DNA of 64,000 nucleotides from a virus: IMG/VR virus record IMGVR_UViG_3300046780_000733. One strand, 5' to 3'. The notes below the pieces were generated by a model. It searched no databases, was not told the DNA's origin, and saw only the letters and a program-made list of their open reading frames with translations. This document shows, piece after piece, positions 8,659 through 17,492 of the stretch (position 1 is the first letter of the stretch; every line of letters starts with the position of its first letter). The translations under genes were made by a program, and so were the position numbers.

Positions 8659-9339
8659 TTAATATTTATAGATGAACGCGATGTTCTTCGAGACGTGGAC
8701 GGACTTGACCATGCCTCCCAAGAACATCACAGACGGCGAATCATGGATCGCGTCGATCAACCCAGTGATCAGATTGATAGACGTTTGTTTATTCATGGCG
8801 AGCGCGTGGCCCCCGTAGGCGGGAACGTACGCGGTCCACAGATCCTCAACAACGTAGATTCCTCCCGGGGCGAGCAACGGGAATAGCGTCTCGAAGCTCA
8901 CCAGGATGTCCAACTGCACGTGAGATCCATCATCGATGACGATATCGAACGGGCCGCAGCCGTTGTCGATGTCGGCGAGGCACTCGTGGTCGCTCTGGCT
9001 ACCCTTGATCGTGGTGATCCTGTCGTCGTCGAGGTGGCTCTTGTCGTGGATGTCGAGGCCGAAGATCTGGCCACTCCTGAAGTAGTCACGCCACACCTTG
9101 ATCGAGTCGCCGCCGCGCCAGTCGCTCTCGTAGCCGCCGATCCCGATCTCCAGCAGCCTGAGTGGCTTGTCTCGGAGCGGTGCGAAGTGACGCTCATACT
9201 CGTGCTCGAAATGGTGCACGTAGAACTTGTCGGTGCCGTAGTGGGCCATGAGCAGCCCAAGGTCGTGCGGGCCAGGTCCGTCGAGCTTCGGTCGCACCTC
9301 GGCCAGCATCGACTTGTACTGTTTCTGTTCCGGGGTCAT
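8659..9339 (-). CDS. Sugar O-methyltransferase, MycE/TylE-like
   Basis: YGTDK...H, LLEIGIGGY, GLDI, FDIVIDDGSH, GGIYVVEDL. Confidence 0.85.
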   Translation of the reverse strand: MTPEQKQYKSMLAEVRPKLDGPGPHDLGLLMAHYGTDKFYVHHFEHEYERHFAPLRDKPLRLLEIGIGGYESDWRGGDSIKVWRDYFRSGQIFGLDIHDKSHLDDDRITTIKGSQSDHECLADIDNGCGPFDIVIDDGSHVQLDILVSFETLFPLLAPGGIYVVEDLWTAYVPAYGGHALAMNKQTSINLITGLIDAIHDSPSVMFLGGMVKSVHVSKNIAFIYKY

Positions 9340-9611
9340 CGAATCTCCTCAGCCGCATCCGCAGGTTCGTAAGTGGCCTGGAAAATTTCATCCTTGATTG
9401 GATACTTTTCGCCTTTGATTCCGGTGATCACCCAGTCGCCAGGAGACACTGCCATCACGCCTTCGAGGGTCTTGATGGACGCGAAATGACCTCCGGGGTG
9501 AAGCCCGGCGAAATCGGGCATCATAAACCCGTATTCAAGCCCATCGATTTTCTTGCCGGCGAACCATTGCTCGGCCTCAATGACGACCGGCTTCTTTCTA
9601 AATTTCGCCAC
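9336..9611 (-). CDS. Conserved phage hypothetical protein
   Basis: KFRKKPVVIEA.QW, TLEG, GDWVI.G.KGE.YP.K..IF..TYE. Confidence 0.85.
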   Translation of the reverse strand: MAKFRKKPVVIEAEQWFAGKKIDGLEYGFMMPDFAGLHPGGHFASIKTLEGVMAVSPGDWVITGIKGEKYPIKDEIFQATYEPADAAEEIR

Positions 9612-9702
9612 CGCCTGCTCCTTTCAAAGATAGAAACCACTTCTCTCGCGCATCATAGCGAACAACCTAGGCGAGACACCAAATCGACTCTGCCGGGGCA
9701 AC

Positions 9703-9735
9703 AAAAAACCCGCGCCCGATTTGCCGGGCGAGGGT
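9703..9735 (-). terminator. Intrinsic terminator
   Basis: ACCCUCGCCCG..CGGGCGCGGGU followed by a U-run, downstream of the 9771 gene. Confidence 0.7.
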
Positions 9736-9770
9736 CTACGCTGATTCGAGTCACATGGACTTATGGGACG

Positions 9771-10295
9771 TCAGTTGACCTGGATATACTGCTCGACCAT
9801 GGCCAGGTAGTAAGGCGTACGCCCACCGTCGCCGTCACCGCGCGTGAACCGAGGATCGTGAACAGCGATACCCACTTTGTAACGGCCTGGCATCATGCTT
9901 TCTGTCCAGGAGAAGTCTTGAGACCAATATCCCTTGCCGGGAACGTCAACCACGGTCCCAATCTTCTCCATATCCACGAACTTGTTGCCGTACGCGTCGG
10001 CAACAGTCAAAGAGATATCCGCCTGCACTGCCTCAATGGAACCAATCTCGTTGGGGACGCCCACATGGAACGAGCCGCGAATAGATAACTCGGAGGGCCG
10101 TCCATAGTTCGACGGGTCGAGGGTGGCAGCGGAGTGCCAGCCGACGGTGGACAAGAGGAGTTGATCCGCACGCTTGCCGGCAACGGATTTCTTCGCCCTC
10201 CGGTTTTTTGCGTATTGGGCGGCATGAGAACCGATGGCGGCGCCCACGATTGCACCAGCCAGAATCACGATTGCGCATTTGTGGTAAGTCTTGAT
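9771..10295 (-). CDS. Membrane-anchored hypothetical protein (start uncertain)
   Basis: N-terminal TM (AIVILAGAIVGAAIG) and beta-rich domain; AGGAG sits before an ATC codon at 10295. Confidence 0.55.
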   Translation of the reverse strand: MKTYHKCAIVILAGAIVGAAIGSHAAQYAKNRRAKKSVAGKRADQLLLSTVGWHSAATLDPSNYGRPSELSIRGSFHVGVPNEIGSIEAVQADISLTVADAYGNKFVDMEKIGTVVDVPGKGYWSQDFSWTESMMPGRYKVGIAVHDPRFTRGDGDGGRTPYYLAMVEQYIQVN

Positions 10296-10338
10296 TGAAC
10301 TGACTCCTAAAGGAAGGATTCTCCAGAAACGGGAACAC

Positions 10339-10845
10339 TCAAGACGGGGTTTTCCAAGCGGAGTAAATGGACGCATGGGCCAGGGTTTCCCCTGTTCCCC
10401 CGTAGCCAATTACGTACTCAGACTGATATTGCACCGTATTGACACACGGGCACCCCATGGTGTAGACCGACAGAGAATCAACGAATGGACGACTTGTGCA
10501 GTCATAATAGTTGCAGCTAATTTGAAACTCGTGTTCGCCCGAATCAACCAAGGGAGAGTTGATGTTATTGTAAGACCAAATCCTTACCCTCTGGGAAATA
10601 AAAGCGCCAGAGCCCGACAAGCCTGCGCCCCAATGGGCCTGTCCAGCTCCCGTCCCGTTGAAATGGCCCGTCGAACAAGAGCCTCCGTTGAACACGATGG
10701 ACGTGTTGGCACCCCCGCAGTATTCCGAAACGCAAGCTGAGACACCGGATACCATGACGGCCAAGGCGAACAACAAGCACAGACCCACGATACCAAATTT
10801 TCGACTCATGGTCAACGTCTCCCTGGTGGAATTTGTTTTCGTCAT
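10339..10845 (-). CDS. Secreted Cys-containing hypothetical protein
   Basis: Signal peptide (RKFGIVGLCLLFALAVMVSGVSA), several Cys; ATGA coupling. Confidence 0.6.
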   Translation of the reverse strand: MTKTNSTRETLTMSRKFGIVGLCLLFALAVMVSGVSACVSEYCGGANTSIVFNGGSCSTGHFNGTGAGQAHWGAGLSGSGAFISQRVRIWSYNNINSPLVDSGEHEFQISCNYYDCTSRPFVDSLSVYTMGCPCVNTVQYQSEYVIGYGGTGETLAHASIYSAWKTPS

Positions 10846-11300
10846 CGAATCTCCTCATGGTTAATCCACTTCTGACGCGCCACAACGGCAGCATGCTCGG
10901 CATGCTCGTGCGAGGTCGGCGAGACAACCTCGATGGAGTCGTTGCCCCACTTGCAGGCCACGACATTGACCGGATCGCGCACATCGGCCTCCACGCCCCA
11001 TCGCTCCAACTCGCCGGACTTCAGGCGGACGTGCACCGCGTAGGTGGGGCCGAGCACGAAGCCCTTGCAGTAGTCGATCGGGTACGGCTTCACCTTGTAG
11101 GTTCGATCCGGATGCCACATGCGGTACTCGTCGGCGACCTTCTCGCCATCTTCCCGCGAAGAGAACAGCCCGAGAAATTCGTAGTCGCCTACCTCGGCGC
11201 GGTGTAGGACGAAAACCGGATTTGATCGCTCGTGCTTCTTGGTCGCCGAGAGTGCTGCCAGGAATCCTACCAGCAACATGCAAACGAAACTGATCTTCAT
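10842..11300 (-). CDS. Hypothetical protein with signal peptide
   Basis: MKISFVCMLLVGFLAALSA; abuts the GT stop. Confidence 0.6.
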   Translation of the reverse strand: MKISFVCMLLVGFLAALSATKKHERSNPVFVLHRAEVGDYEFLGLFSSREDGEKVADEYRMWHPDRTYKVKPYPIDYCKGFVLGPTYAVHVRLKSGELERWGVEADVRDPVNVVACKWGNDSIEVVSPTSHEHAEHAAVVARQKWINHEEIR

Positions 11301-11301
11301 C

Positions 11302-13020
11302 TTACTGCATTCCTGAAATGTCGTTGCCGACACCGAAGTTGACGGTTCCGAGATTGGTGATGTGGATCGCGTGCTTGAACCGTTTGCCGCCGATCTCCAT
11401 GTCCCATGGACTCTGCGGCGGGTTGGCCGGCGACTCATTGGTGGCCTCGGGGTTCGCCGTCCCCTGCCCTGACGCCGCTCCCGGCAATGGCATCGAAGCC
11501 ATAGCCATGTGGTCACGGGGCGGGTCAGGCATCAGGTGGTCCGCGGGTCCTGGCACAGTCGCCTGAGACATGACGATGGTTTGACCTCGGTACACGGTGA
11601 CACTCCCTGGTACTGGGACCGTGGCCTGATACAGGGGCAAAGTCTCGGCGGTGCCCACGGCACGCTGAGTCTCGGCGAGCATCGACTCGTTCTCTTCGAG
11701 GGTTGACATCCTGTGGTAGATGTCCATGAACTTCCGCTTGCGCCCGATGTAGGCGTCGTAGAAGGACCGGCTCACGTTTCGATCCTTGACGTCGTAGTGC
11801 TCGGTGCGCTTCGTGTCGTCGTGCTTGAGCGAGCCGAAGTAACGGGCCGGGAACGATGCCGGCCTGATCCCGCAGTAACGGAGACGGAGATAGAAATCCG
11901 AATCCTCCGAGCCCCATGCACGAAACAGTACGTCGTATCCAGTGGCCTGCCGAAAATCGTAGGAGTGGACCACGACCGAGCCGAACTGGGACCAGTCGAT
12001 GGGGTCGGCCAGTAAGTAGTGGCGGTTCTTCAGAGAGTGACGGATCGCCTCCGCCCACCCGGGCTCGCACGTCCAGTCTGCGTCCCAGAAGCACAGCCAC
12101 CCCTCCTTGGCATAGGCGGCGCCGAGGTTGCGGGCGTGGGCCAGGTTGAACTTTGGCAATCCAGTCGCGTGCACCACCGTGACCTCGGGGTGGTGATCCC
12201 TGACCCACTGCGCGGTCCCCTGCGGGCAGTCGTAATCGACCACAATCACCTCGACACCGGGCTCGACCAGCCACATCGGCAACGTCTGCTTGAGGTGATC
12301 GAGACGTCCTTTGCACGTGGTGACCACCTGGAGCGTCGTTCCCAGGCATCGCGGTGGCACCTGGAATTTGAACGGATGGGTCACAGCGTACTTGTGTCCG
12401 AGGTTCTCCGGGGCCGGTGGACGCCAACTGCACCCGCACTCGCTCCAGTCGCCGTAGTCGAGGCCTAGGTTGCGCGTGATCCACATCAGTGACCAGTCGG
12501 TGCTGAGATAGGCAGATGCGTTACACCGCCGCCATGATGGCCAGTCTGGGGCGAACCGATCGTGGCCGCGAAGCGTGTCGTCGTCGAGGAACGGCGATGC
12601 CAGGATTCGCGTGGCCGCGTCAGCCGTGATGGCCTGGCACGCCCCCTGGATGTTCTCGTACTCCTCGCCCTCGTATTCCAGGGTGCCCGAGATAGCGTGC
12701 TCGGGCTCGACCCGGAACCTACGCCAGACCCGCGTGTCGGGGTCGATCTTGACGATCCACCTGGTGCCCATGGCGATGCCCGCGGTGAGCGTTCGATGCC
12801 ACCACCGGCCACCACATTCGACTCGCTTCAGATACTCGCCCTCGACGTACTTGGCGTTGTGCCGGCGGCAAGACTCGCCGTACCATCGGTCGCGGGCCCC
12901 GTCCGAGATCACCGTCACGGGTGCATCCGGGTACGCGGCTCGCAAGTGACCCAAAAACCACTCCACCTGCGTGGCCCCCTCGTCGGCCACAACCACCACG
13001 AACCCATAATCCTGCATCAT
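11302..13020 (-). CDS. Two-domain GT-A glycosyltransferase (GT2 / galactosyltransferase-like C-domain)
   Basis: KIDPD; VVTTCKGR, VVDY, FNLAHARNLG, FWDAD, GYD..F..WGSEDSDF..RL. Confidence 0.85.
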   Translation of the reverse strand: MMQDYGFVVVVADEGATQVEWFLGHLRAAYPDAPVTVISDGARDRWYGESCRRHNAKYVEGEYLKRVECGGRWWHRTLTAGIAMGTRWIVKIDPDTRVWRRFRVEPEHAISGTLEYEGEEYENIQGACQAITADAATRILASPFLDDDTLRGHDRFAPDWPSWRRCNASAYLSTDWSLMWITRNLGLDYGDWSECGCSWRPPAPENLGHKYAVTHPFKFQVPPRCLGTTLQVVTTCKGRLDHLKQTLPMWLVEPGVEVIVVDYDCPQGTAQWVRDHHPEVTVVHATGLPKFNLAHARNLGAAYAKEGWLCFWDADWTCEPGWAEAIRHSLKNRHYLLADPIDWSQFGSVVVHSYDFRQATGYDVLFRAWGSEDSDFYLRLRYCGIRPASFPARYFGSLKHDDTKRTEHYDVKDRNVSRSFYDAYIGRKRKFMDIYHRMSTLEENESMLAETQRAVGTAETLPLYQATVPVPGSVTVYRGQTIVMSQATVPGPADHLMPDPPRDHMAMASMPLPGAASGQGTANPEATNESPANPPQSPWDMEIGGKRFKHAIHITNLGTVNFGVGNDISGMQ

Positions 13021-13085
13021 CCTCTCCGCGCCAGATTCCGCTATTGCCCCTGCCAAGAGCGCCGTCGCGGAACCCGGCCGAGAAA

Positions 13086-13128
13086 ATTCCGAATTTAATC
13101 TTGCTTCGGAATCACTTCCTGGTATGAT
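13086..13128 (+). promoter_or_regulatory. Promoter with perfect operator-like inverted repeat
   Basis: ATTCCGAA-N11-TTCGGAAT (13086-13112) overlapping TTGCTT-N16-TATGAT. Confidence 0.65.
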
Positions 13129-13147
13129 CAAGGTCGAAGGAGACGCA

Positions 13148-13522
13148 ATGCCGCGACGAAAAACTCTGTCTGGACATGGATCACTGTCATGGGGCACGGG
13201 GCAGATCGGCATCGTGGCCCCTGTGGCTCCGGCTCCGGAACCAGTCGAGGTCAAGCGGCACGGGACGCTGGAACTTTGGGTCCTCGACCAGAGATACGAA
13301 GTATCGGTGATCCCGATTGATCCCGGAAACCCGAGCCGGGTTCAGTACATGGTTCATAAGACGGGCGGCGATAGTTACACGGTGGCCGTGGACGAACTCG
13401 GGGTTCCCCACTGCCAGTGCGGGTCGTTCCATTTCAGGCACGAGGGGTCATCGACCACTTGCAAACACGTGAAGGCGTGCGAGACGGCAGGACTTCTCGA
13501 TCTTTACTGGAGAAACGTGTGA
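13148..13522 (+). CDS. SWIM zinc-finger protein
   Basis: YTV..HCQCGSF..CKHVKA; AAGGAG RBS. Confidence 0.8.
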   Translation: MPRRKTLSGHGSLSWGTGQIGIVAPVAPAPEPVEVKRHGTLELWVLDQRYEVSVIPIDPGNPSRVQYMVHKTGGDSYTVAVDELGVPHCQCGSFHFRHEGSSTTCKHVKACETAGLLDLYWRNV

Positions 13523-13773
13523 TTGTCCACTTGACCCAAGATGACATCGACAACCAAACGCGAGGAAACTGCTTCGACTGCGGTTTATCTCGCGCTATAC
13601 GTCGCGCCACCGGAGAGCCATTCGGCGTTTCCCTTACCACGGCTTTTCTCGACGGGCATCGGTATCAACTGCCTCCGGAGGCAATCGATGCAAGGGAACG
13701 CCTGGACCGCGACGAGGCCGTTTCACCAATGTCATTTGAGTTTCCCGATGAACCACTGGAGGCCACATGCTGA
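13519..13773 (+). CDS. Hypothetical protein (paralog of next gene)
   Basis: Coupled start; aligns by eye with 13767-14015. Confidence 0.7.
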   Translation: MIVHLTQDDIDNQTRGNCFDCGLSRAIRRATGEPFGVSLTTAFLDGHRYQLPPEAIDARERLDRDEAVSPMSFEFPDEPLEATC

Positions 13774-14015
13774 TCAAAGTGACCAGAGATCACATAATGC
13801 GAGGCGTACGTGTTTCTGTGTCAGGATGTCCGATCGGATTGGCGATCCAGGAAACAACAGGGTTTACCTACGAAGTCAGCCACTGCCACGCGCACCGCTC
13901 TGGGGATATTACCGTAGTTCGTCTTCCTCCGTCTGCCAAGAGGTTTATATCGGATTTCGATGGTGGGTGGGAAGTAAGTCCATTCGAGTTCGAGTTGCCC
14001 GTGGAGGCCACATGA
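13767..14015 (+). CDS. Hypothetical protein (paralog of previous gene)
   Basis: VT..HI..G..CPI..AI...LP..A..F...FD.G..V.PF.F. Confidence 0.7.
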   Translation: MLIKVTRDHIMRGVRVSVSGCPIGLAIQETTGFTYEVSHCHAHRSGDITVVRLPPSAKRFISDFDGGWEVSPFEFELPVEAT

Positions 14016-14908
14016 GTTGGAATGTGATCACCGGGGACTGCATCAGCGTGCTGCCCACGATTTCTCCGCGGCCGATTCTGATCGTGGCCGACCCTCCTTA
14101 TAACCAAAAAATCTCGTACGGCTCATATTACGACGACAACAAGACGGACTCTGACTACCTTCTGTGGTGCCATCGATGGATAGAGTCAGCGTATTCCACT
14201 TTGGGCGACGACGGTTCATTTTGGCTTCTCTGCTCACACGAGTACGTGTCCGACATCGATGTGATCGCTCGACGAGTCGGTTTCCATCGCCGCCAGTGGA
14301 TCACCTGGTTTGAGTCGTTTGGCGTAAACTGCAAGGGAAAATTCAACCGGTGCTCGCGACCACTGCTCTGGTACTCTAAGCACAAGACTGAGTTCATCTT
14401 CAACTCGGACGCACCAGAGGTTCGCAGGCCCAGCGACCGTCAGGCCAAATATTCGGACGCCAGAGCGGCAAACGGTGGCCTCAAACTTTGGGATGACTGC
14501 TGGGGCATCAACCCTCCCATTCCCCGCGTCTGCGGCACCTTCAAGGAACGCATCAAGGGGTTCCCCACGCAACTCCCTCTGAAACTCCTGCGTCCGATCA
14601 TCGCGGTCGCGTCGAACCCAGGAGACACTTGCCTCGATCCATTTTCAGGGTCGGCTTCTCTTGGTCACGCTTGCCTTGAACTCGGACGAAACTTCGTCGG
14701 TATCGAACTGTCTGAACAGTACGCGGAACTTTCGCGAGAAAGGCTCAGGAAGGTGGAACATGATCTACGACGACAAGGACTTGAACATCGTGAGGCTGAT
14801 CGGAAAACTCATGGAGGAGCAAGGGTACTCGGCCCGCAAGTACATGCAGGCCGAGGACCTGATTGCGACGATCCGCCGGCACAAGAAAAGGTATCTCAGA
14901 CACATTGA
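14012..14908 (+). CDS. DNA N6-adenine/N4-cytosine methyltransferase (beta class)
   Basis: GDC, ADPPYN, FPTQLP, DPFSGS, GIEL. Confidence 0.9.
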   Translation: MSWNVITGDCISVLPTISPRPILIVADPPYNQKISYGSYYDDNKTDSDYLLWCHRWIESAYSTLGDDGSFWLLCSHEYVSDIDVIARRVGFHRRQWITWFESFGVNCKGKFNRCSRPLLWYSKHKTEFIFNSDAPEVRRPSDRQAKYSDARAANGGLKLWDDCWGINPPIPRVCGTFKERIKGFPTQLPLKLLRPIIAVASNPGDTCLDPFSGSASLGHACLELGRNFVGIELSEQYAELSRERLRKVEHDLRRQGLEHREADRKTHGGARVLGPQVHAGRGPDCDDPPAQEKVSQTH

Positions 14909-15350
14909 TCAACTCGTCAGGGTCATCCACGAGCGAGACATCAGGATTGATGCGCTACAGAAACAAATACCATCGACTGCAACCGCGCAGGAGATTGAAC
15001 TCCTGAAGTCGGAACTCATGTGTCGCGACCAGGTCATCAAGGGATACAGAGAGCAAATCGGCCAACTCCAGCGGAACATTGATGCCCTTGAGAGTCAGAA
15101 TACCCTATCCAACAGACTCATTGCGTCGTATGTGTCCGAAATCAACAGGAATCATGCCCAGCTAGAAAACCAGGCCGAGACGATCCGCGAGTTCCAGGAG
15201 CAACCGGTGCCGCTCGCCACCAACGACCAGATCTTTGCACTCCGTCAGGATCTAGACAGGATGCGCAAGACCATCGAGGACAGCCTCGACAAGATGAACG
15301 ACGTCCACGATGACCTCTTTTCAACACTCGCCCAGGAGACTAACAAGTGA
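14760..15350 (+). CDS. Coiled-coil hypothetical protein
   Basis: Heptad-rich Q/E/L sequence; RBS present. Confidence 0.6.
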   Translation: MIYDDKDLNIVRLIGKLMEEQGYSARKYMQAEDLIATIRRHKKRYLRHIDQLVRVIHERDIRIDALQKQIPSTATAQEIELLKSELMCRDQVIKGYREQIGQLQRNIDALESQNTLSNRLIASYVSEINRNHAQLENQAETIREFQEQPVPLATNDQIFALRQDLDRMRKTIEDSLDKMNDVHDDLFSTLAQETNK

Positions 15351-15910
15351 AGGCAGCAATCCAATCCATCGACAGATTCAGCACGGGACAGATCGCCAAG
15401 ATGACCAATGTGGCACCAAGAACGGTGTCTAAATGGATCGACTCCGGGCGACTCGTCGGATACCGGATACCCGGCGGCAAAGATCGAAGGGTCATGCGCG
15501 CCGATCTAGAAGCGTTCAGCCGGACGCATGGAATTCCACTCGCCGGGCTCGAACCCACGAAGCCAAAGAACAATGTGCTCTGTGTCGGCGTGCGACGAAG
15601 CGCGAAACTCCTGGAAATCCTAAACGATCTGTCCTGCAAGTACACCTTTACATTCTCGCTGGTTACTGCTGGCATGATTATGGCCGTCGAGAAGCCGACA
15701 GTGGTCATCGTTGACACCGCCATCGGACGCATCGACTCCGTGGTCGTCGGAGACTCGGTTCGCGGGTGCGAGATGTGCCGTGATGCCAAACTGGTCGCGA
15801 TCGTACACTCCGAGGATCACGGAATCGGGAAACCATTCCAGTTCTTCCTTCACGAAAACTTTGGCCACTCCGAGATCCGCGAGATCCTGTCTCGCAAGGA
15901 GACGTCATGA
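15347..15910 (+). CDS. Excisionase/MerR-type HTH with degenerate receiver-like domain
   Basis: FSTGQIAKMTNVAPRTVSKWIDSGRLVGYRIPGGKDRRV resembles planctomycete HTH-response regulators. Confidence 0.8.
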   Translation: MKAAIQSIDRFSTGQIAKMTNVAPRTVSKWIDSGRLVGYRIPGGKDRRVMRADLEAFSRTHGIPLAGLEPTKPKNNVLCVGVRRSAKLLEILNDLSCKYTFTFSLVTAGMIMAVEKPTVVIVDTAIGRIDSVVVGDSVRGCEMCRDAKLVAIVHSEDHGIGKPFQFFLHENFGHSEIREILSRKETS

Positions 15911-16467
15911 GTACACAGGTGCCCAAGTCGAAAGCCATCGAGGCTTGGCATTTCCTACCTTCGGACGGATGCTTTCAGCACAAGCACAACGGAAACCGGG
16001 GACCGCGCGTAGAACCCGGGCTGATCCTTAGCGTCACTCCTCCGCCCATTATCTGTGAGCACGGACTTCACGCCAGCAGGAGGGCGATCGATGCCCTGAA
16101 ATACGCGCCAGGATCAATCATCTGCCGCGTGCTGTGCTGGGGAGAGATCATCGAGGAACACAACGACAAACTGTGCGCCGAACACAGGAAAGTTTTGTGG
16201 CTCGAAGACTGTGACGACGCGCTTGGCGAGTTCGGTTGCATCGTCGCCGAACAGTCGCTGGATTTGGTCGCCAGCAAGGGATTTCACATAGACGAAAGAT
16301 CTCGTCAAGCCATCTCAGTCAAGAGAAAATGGATCGCTGGAACGGCAACACAAGAGGAATTGCATGCCGCCAGGAGTGCCGCCGATGCCGCCAGGAGTGC
16401 CGCCGAGAGTGCCCAAAACGATGTGCTCGAATCTCTGTTGTTTGCCCTTAACAAGGAGTCATCATGA
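15907..16467 (+). CDS. Phage hypothetical protein with Ala-rich repeat
   Basis: C..GLHAS....DAL.YAPG..ICRV motif; AARSAAD tandem repeat. Confidence 0.7.
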   Translation: MSTQVPKSKAIEAWHFLPSDGCFQHKHNGNRGPRVEPGLILSVTPPPIICEHGLHASRRAIDALKYAPGSIICRVLCWGEIIEEHNDKLCAEHRKVLWLEDCDDALGEFGCIVAEQSLDLVASKGFHIDERSRQAISVKRKWIAGTATQEELHAARSAADAARSAAESAQNDVLESLLFALNKESS

Positions 16468-16961
16468 AGGTTTATGTTCGCTGGGGGCTACGGCGCGACA
16501 TGCCCGAGGTTCTGGCCATCGAGCACGCCAGTTTTGAGTTTCCCTGGTGCGAGGAAGAGTTCCTCCGGGTCCTACGCCAGCGCAACTGTATTCCCATGGT
16601 CGCCGAGTGTGGCGAGCGGATCGTCGGATTCATGATCTACGAGCTGCATCGTAATCGCATTCATGTTCTCGACTTCGCCACACACCCCGAATTTCTCCGC
16701 CACGGCGTGGGACGCCAGATGGTCTCGAAGCTGGTTGGCAAACTGTCAGCACAGCGCAGGAAGAGACTCGTCCTGACATTGCGTGAGTCGAACCTTCCGG
16801 CCCAACTGTTCTTCCGCGTCGTCGGCTTTCGTGCCGTAGAAGTCGTCCGAGGCTACTACGAGGACAGCGGCGAAGACGGGTATCGCATGGCGTATAGTCT
16901 CGATGAGTCCTATGGAGAATTCACCCAGTCCAATCGCATCATCAAGCAACTCGAATCATGA
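16464..16961 (+). CDS. rimI: GNAT acetyltransferase, RimI-like
   Basis: RRDMPEVLAIEHASFEFPW, GVGRQM, RESNLPAQLFF, YYED.GED. Confidence 0.9.
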   Translation: MKVYVRWGLRRDMPEVLAIEHASFEFPWCEEEFLRVLRQRNCIPMVAECGERIVGFMIYELHRNRIHVLDFATHPEFLRHGVGRQMVSKLVGKLSAQRRKRLVLTLRESNLPAQLFFRVVGFRAVEVVRGYYEDSGEDGYRMAYSLDESYGEFTQSNRIIKQLES

Positions 16962-17024
16962 GGAGGACGACACAGTGACTGAGATGTGGTTGATCCTGTG
17001 GGTAAGATTCGCGTGGGAGCGATA

Positions 17025-17381
17025 ATGACTCCTCAGCAAGAGCAAGCCATCTTGGCCGAGATCTCCGCCACCGAGGGCAAAGGCCAGCATAAGATGATGG
17101 CCGCGTACTACCTGCTGTTCGGGAAGAACGAGGGGCGAGCCCGCTATAGCGCGTTTTGCATCAGCAAGAGGGGATGGATTCATCACCTTGTCTTCTTTGT
17201 CAATCAAGACAGGTGGGCCAACATGGCGCATCGCAACGAGGCTCTCTGCCCATGGTGCCAGACTCAGGGCGATGTCACTGGAATCAGGGCGATCATGGAG
17301 CCGGAGATCTTCGACATCGACACTCATCAGATCGTGTTCTATGTCGAGACATGGGCATACCGCTTCGACGAGCGCAAATAA
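17025..17381 (+). CDS. Hypothetical protein
   Basis: GGGAG RBS; ends at a hairpin. Confidence 0.55.
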   Translation: MTPQQEQAILAEISATEGKGQHKMMAAYYLLFGKNEGRARYSAFCISKRGWIHHLVFFVNQDRWANMAHRNEALCPWCQTQGDVTGIRAIMEPEIFDIDTHQIVFYVETWAYRFDERK

Positions 17382-17416
17382 AACCCCGCACCATAGCGCG
17401 AGGCCATGGCACGGGG
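17380..17416 (-). terminator. Terminator hairpin between convergent operons
   Basis: CCCCGUGCCAUGGC/GCUAUGGUGCGGGG followed by UUUU. Confidence 0.6.
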
Positions 17417-17492
17417 ACGAGAACCCGGCCCAACAACGTCACCGCCATTACGCCGAGCACCTGCCGGGGAACCAACCCAGCAGGTGTTTCCA

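Noticed and set aside
13021-13254. N-terminal extension of the GT ORF given in the track
   Set aside because: Overlaps the divergent promoter and the SWIM gene; the RBS supports a start at 13020.
16365-16412. Tandem GCCGCCAGGAGTGCC repeat
   Set aside because: Encodes an Ala-rich AARSAA repeat common in this type of phage protein.
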